From an uncultured Alphaproteobacteria bacterium (GTDB taxonomy: Bacteria > Pseudomonadota > Alphaproteobacteria > Methylaequorales > Methylaequoraceae), in assembly GCA_902550225.1 (NCBI GenBank), contig CACCYL010000002.1, forward strand, positions 84,089 to 148,088: a stretch of DNA of 64,000 bases. Direction: 5' to 3'. Positions 59,128-64,000 of this stretch are shown here, piece by piece. The notes beneath the pieces are model-generated. The model had not been told where the DNA came from. It saw nothing but the letters and a program-made list of their open reading frames with translations, and did no database searches. The position numbers and the translations under genes were made by a program. How positions within the stretch are numbered: the first letter of the stretch is position 1; every line of letters begins with the position of its first letter.

Positions 59128-59278
59128 AATTCTCCTTATGTTTTAGCCTATTAAAAATTATTATTACATATTTGTAAAATTTATTTTAAAAACAGGCTTT
59201 ATTCATATAAATAATATCATTATTAAGGTTTTATATAAAAGAATTGAATAATGTATTTAAAATAATAAATTTAACCTT

Positions 59279-59593
59279 ATGGAAACTACAACTTACATTG
59301 CAATGAATAGATTTAAAATCGTCAGAGGCAAAGAGGACGTCTTTGAAAAAATCTGGAAAGAGAGAGATTCAAAACTAGGTGAAGTCAAAGGATTCATAAA
59401 TTTTAATTTAATAAAAGGAAAAGAAAACGATGAATTCACAATTTACGCTTCACACAGTACATGGTCATCTGAAATAGACTTTATCAATTGGACTAAATCA
59501 GAATCATTTCGAGAGGCCCACAAAAACGCCGGACAAAGTAAAGAAATATATATTGGGCACCCTGAGTTTGAAGGATTTAAAGTAGTTTTGTAA
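59279..59593 (+). CDS. ABM (antibiotic biosynthesis monooxygenase/Dabb) domain protein
   Basis: About 100 aa with a ferredoxin-like ABM fold pattern (IAMNRFKI..., FEG). Confidence 0.55.
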   Translation: METTTYIAMNRFKIVRGKEDVFEKIWKERDSKLGEVKGFINFNLIKGKENDEFTIYASHSTWSSEIDFINWTKSESFREAHKNAGQSKEIYIGHPEFEGFKVVL

Positions 59594-59630
59594 AGAGCGT
59601 TTACAATTGCAAACACTCATGTATTACAAA

Positions 59631-61790
<2,160 letters not shown>

Positions 61791-61965
61791 TTAAATTAGG
61801 TGGAAAGGTGCAAATAATTTTGTACCATCTCGAATCTCCACAAACTTTATATGTTAAAAAAAATAAAAATTTCAACAAATTTATACTATTAAATTAAGCT
61901 GAATTTAATATTAATAAATTTTTGATTTTTTCTTTGTTTTGCTAAAAACTAAATAAAAAATAAAA

Positions 61966-62718
61966 TCATTTTTTTGTTATAAAAGCTATGTCTGATATAT
62001 TTGTTTTTCCTTTAAAAATTTTAATATCTTTAATATTTTTAAATAAATACTCTTGATCACTATTTGATAAAATATTGGATTTAAACTTTTTCTTTTTCAT
62101 TATATTTTTAAGTAAATTATTCATAAACAATTCTTTACCTTTAGTATCGTTTAATGCTTCAAAATAGACTGGTGCGTTAAAATCCTCAATTACAAAAATG
62201 CCGTTAGAATCTAATTGTTGAAAGAAAAATTTTAAGCTTTTTATCATGTCACTCAATATATGAGAAGCGTCATCAATTATAATCTTAAAATTAATATTAT
62301 TAAATTTCGAAGAAAATCTGTTCATGTCTTTTTTATTGTTGATATCACAATTGAAAAAAGTAATTCTTTTAGATTTAAATTTAAAACGAAAGTTTTTGTC
62401 GATGCAATAAATAGTTGCATTTGGAAAATAATTTAAAAATGCTGCAGAAGAAGCCCCCTCCCATGTTCCGATTTCTAAAATATTCAATTTTTTATTTTTA
62501 TAATGTTTAAATTCTTTTTCATAAAATTTTGCAAAACCATGACCATGGATTTCATTAGACTCTTTTGAATAAGGATTAAGAACTTCTGTTCCTTTGTCGG
62601 TTCCAAAGTGATTGAATAGCTCGTTTAAAGATTTATTATTTACATTCTCAATATCCAAATTTATCTTATTTTTAAAATTAAAAACAAATCGTTTATAAAA
62701 TTTGGTAATTTCTTTCAT
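61966..62718 (-). CDS. class I SAM-dependent methyltransferase (CmcI/TylF-like)
   Basis: LEIGTWEGASSA motif I and a downstream acidic residue. Confidence 0.5.
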   Translation of the reverse strand: MKEITKFYKRFVFNFKNKINLDIENVNNKSLNELFNHFGTDKGTEVLNPYSKESNEIHGHGFAKFYEKEFKHYKNKKLNILEIGTWEGASSAAFLNYFPNATIYCIDKNFRFKFKSKRITFFNCDINNKKDMNRFSSKFNNINFKIIIDDASHILSDMIKSLKFFFQQLDSNGIFVIEDFNAPVYFEALNDTKGKELFMNNLLKNIMKKKKFKSNILSNSDQEYLFKNIKDIKIFKGKTNISDIAFITKK

Positions 62719-62803
62719 TTTTAACTTAAAGAAAACGAATGTATGTAATTAAAACAATATAACAAGTTAGCGTAACTTGTCGAAAAAGATAATAAAATTA
62801 TGT

Positions 62804-63469
62804 TCAACTAACATCATCTGGGTCAGAAATATTATTATTATCAATGATTGTATTATCTAAAGAAGTATTTTCGTTCAAGGGATTTCTATCTATTTTATTT
62901 GATTGATCTTCCATATCAGCTTCCATTTTATCTAAGTTTTTTTCATCTTCAGAAATAATAATATCATTTACGTTATCAACGTTTTTATAATCTGCAACAT
63001 TGGGTGGTCCGTAAAGTTCCTCTGTAGGTTGATTTATTTTATTATTTGCAAACTTAATAGCCTCCTCAGTTGACATGCCCTTAGATATTGCTTCGTCAAT
63101 GAGAATGGACATTTCATTAGACATCGAGCTTGCAAAGCTTAAATCGTAACCACTGTTTTCAGTACTTAATTTTTCAACTGAAGCATCAGTTGATATTTTT
63201 GAATTAATAATTTCAGACAAAGATTCAAATGTTTCTTTAATAGAATTTTCTGGAGTCAAACCGCTTTGGATAAGTGTATTAAATTTTGTTGATAAAGATG
63301 ATGTAACTTCATCAATGATATTTTCTTTAATTCCTAACTTTTCCATACAAACCGAGATATCTGTCAAAATATTATCAAAATTATCGTGAGAGACACCCTG
63401 ATCTGAATTCAGATTTTTTTCAGCAATGTTAAGAATCTCACTATGAATATGATCTGTAAATTTAGTCAT
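62804..63469 (-). CDS. highly acidic low-complexity protein, unknown function
   Basis: Long ORF with a D/E/N/S-rich composition and no motif. Confidence 0.4.
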   Translation of the reverse strand: MTKFTDHIHSEILNIAEKNLNSDQGVSHDNFDNILTDISVCMEKLGIKENIIDEVTSSLSTKFNTLIQSGLTPENSIKETFESLSEIINSKISTDASVEKLSTENSGYDLSFASSMSNEMSILIDEAISKGMSTEEAIKFANNKINQPTEELYGPPNVADYKNVDNVNDIIISEDEKNLDKMEADMEDQSNKIDRNPLNENTSLDNTIIDNNNISDPDDVS

Positions 63470-63525
63470 TATTTGTAAACTTAATTATTTTTGCAATACT
63501 TTAAACGGGGATACTCAAATTTTCA

Positions 63526-63900
63526 TTATACACCAAATATTTTTGCCTTTTCATATAGTCTATCCGTTTCTGAAATATAAACTCCTTTACTTATATATCC
63601 ACCGACATACAACTCCCTGATAGCCGTCATTTCTTCCTCTATAGCGACAAGAACGTCTACAAATTCGTTATCATCACTTACTTTAATATCTCTTTTATCA
63701 ATAATGTCGTCTAAATTTGGTTGTTTTCTTGCGACATCATTGTTTTTCTTAATTGCATTTTTCTTTGTAAGAATTGTAATTAATATAAAAATAGTAAGAA
63801 AAATCGCGCCAAAAATAATTATCAAATATTTGGTATCACCAATATATGGAATAAAATTATTAAATTTTTCTAGATTCAGTGTATTTATTATATTATCCAT
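63526..63900 (-). CDS. membrane-anchored protein with a C-terminal SHOCT-like domain
   Basis: One TM helix, then AIRELYVGGYISKGVYISETDRLYEK, which resembles the SHOCT motif. Confidence 0.4.
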   Translation of the reverse strand: MDNIINTLNLEKFNNFIPYIGDTKYLIIIFGAIFLTIFILITILTKKNAIKKNNDVARKQPNLDDIIDKRDIKVSDDNEFVDVLVAIEEEMTAIRELYVGGYISKGVYISETDRLYEKAKIFGV

Positions 63901-64000
63901 AAATAATCAATATATAGTGTTTACTTCGTTCTAATTATACATTATATTGTAATAATGGGTATCTTTAATATTTATAATAAAGCAAAATATCATATTAACA

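Overview
This is a very AT-rich (about 30% GC), gene-dense window that looks like a SAR11/Pelagibacter-type alphaproteobacterial chromosome. It begins with a conserved housekeeping block: a partial DD-carboxypeptidase gene, then tmk, holB, metG, tatD, and an MBL-fold hydrolase gene. After that the content is mostly accessory. It includes an mmsA/LysR/AtoE catabolic set, a surface-glycan locus (asnB-like amidotransferase, a GT2 with a T15 tract, a membrane protein, a methyltransferase), and a tRNA-Ser(UGA) integration hotspot. The hotspot carries a higher-GC type II restriction-modification islet, a serine-recombinase remnant, and a 166-bp tandem array that regenerates the tRNA 3' half. Two near-identical 25-aa PqqA-like peptide genes, each with its own terminator, lie 17.8 kb apart. 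A set of Zur-box-bearing promoters sits in front of two COG0523 GTPase paralogs, one of which is in an operon with a WD40 protein and a DUF1289 protein. A further Zur box sits in front of a TonB-dependent receptor that is flanked by MerT-like and MerP-like genes. The window also holds cobT-cobS-cobC, a transporter/methyltransferase/PhyH-dioxygenase operon, and katG. There are no rRNA genes, CRISPR arrays or transposases. All calls come from reading motifs in the supplied ORF translations and the raw sequence. I ran no database search.
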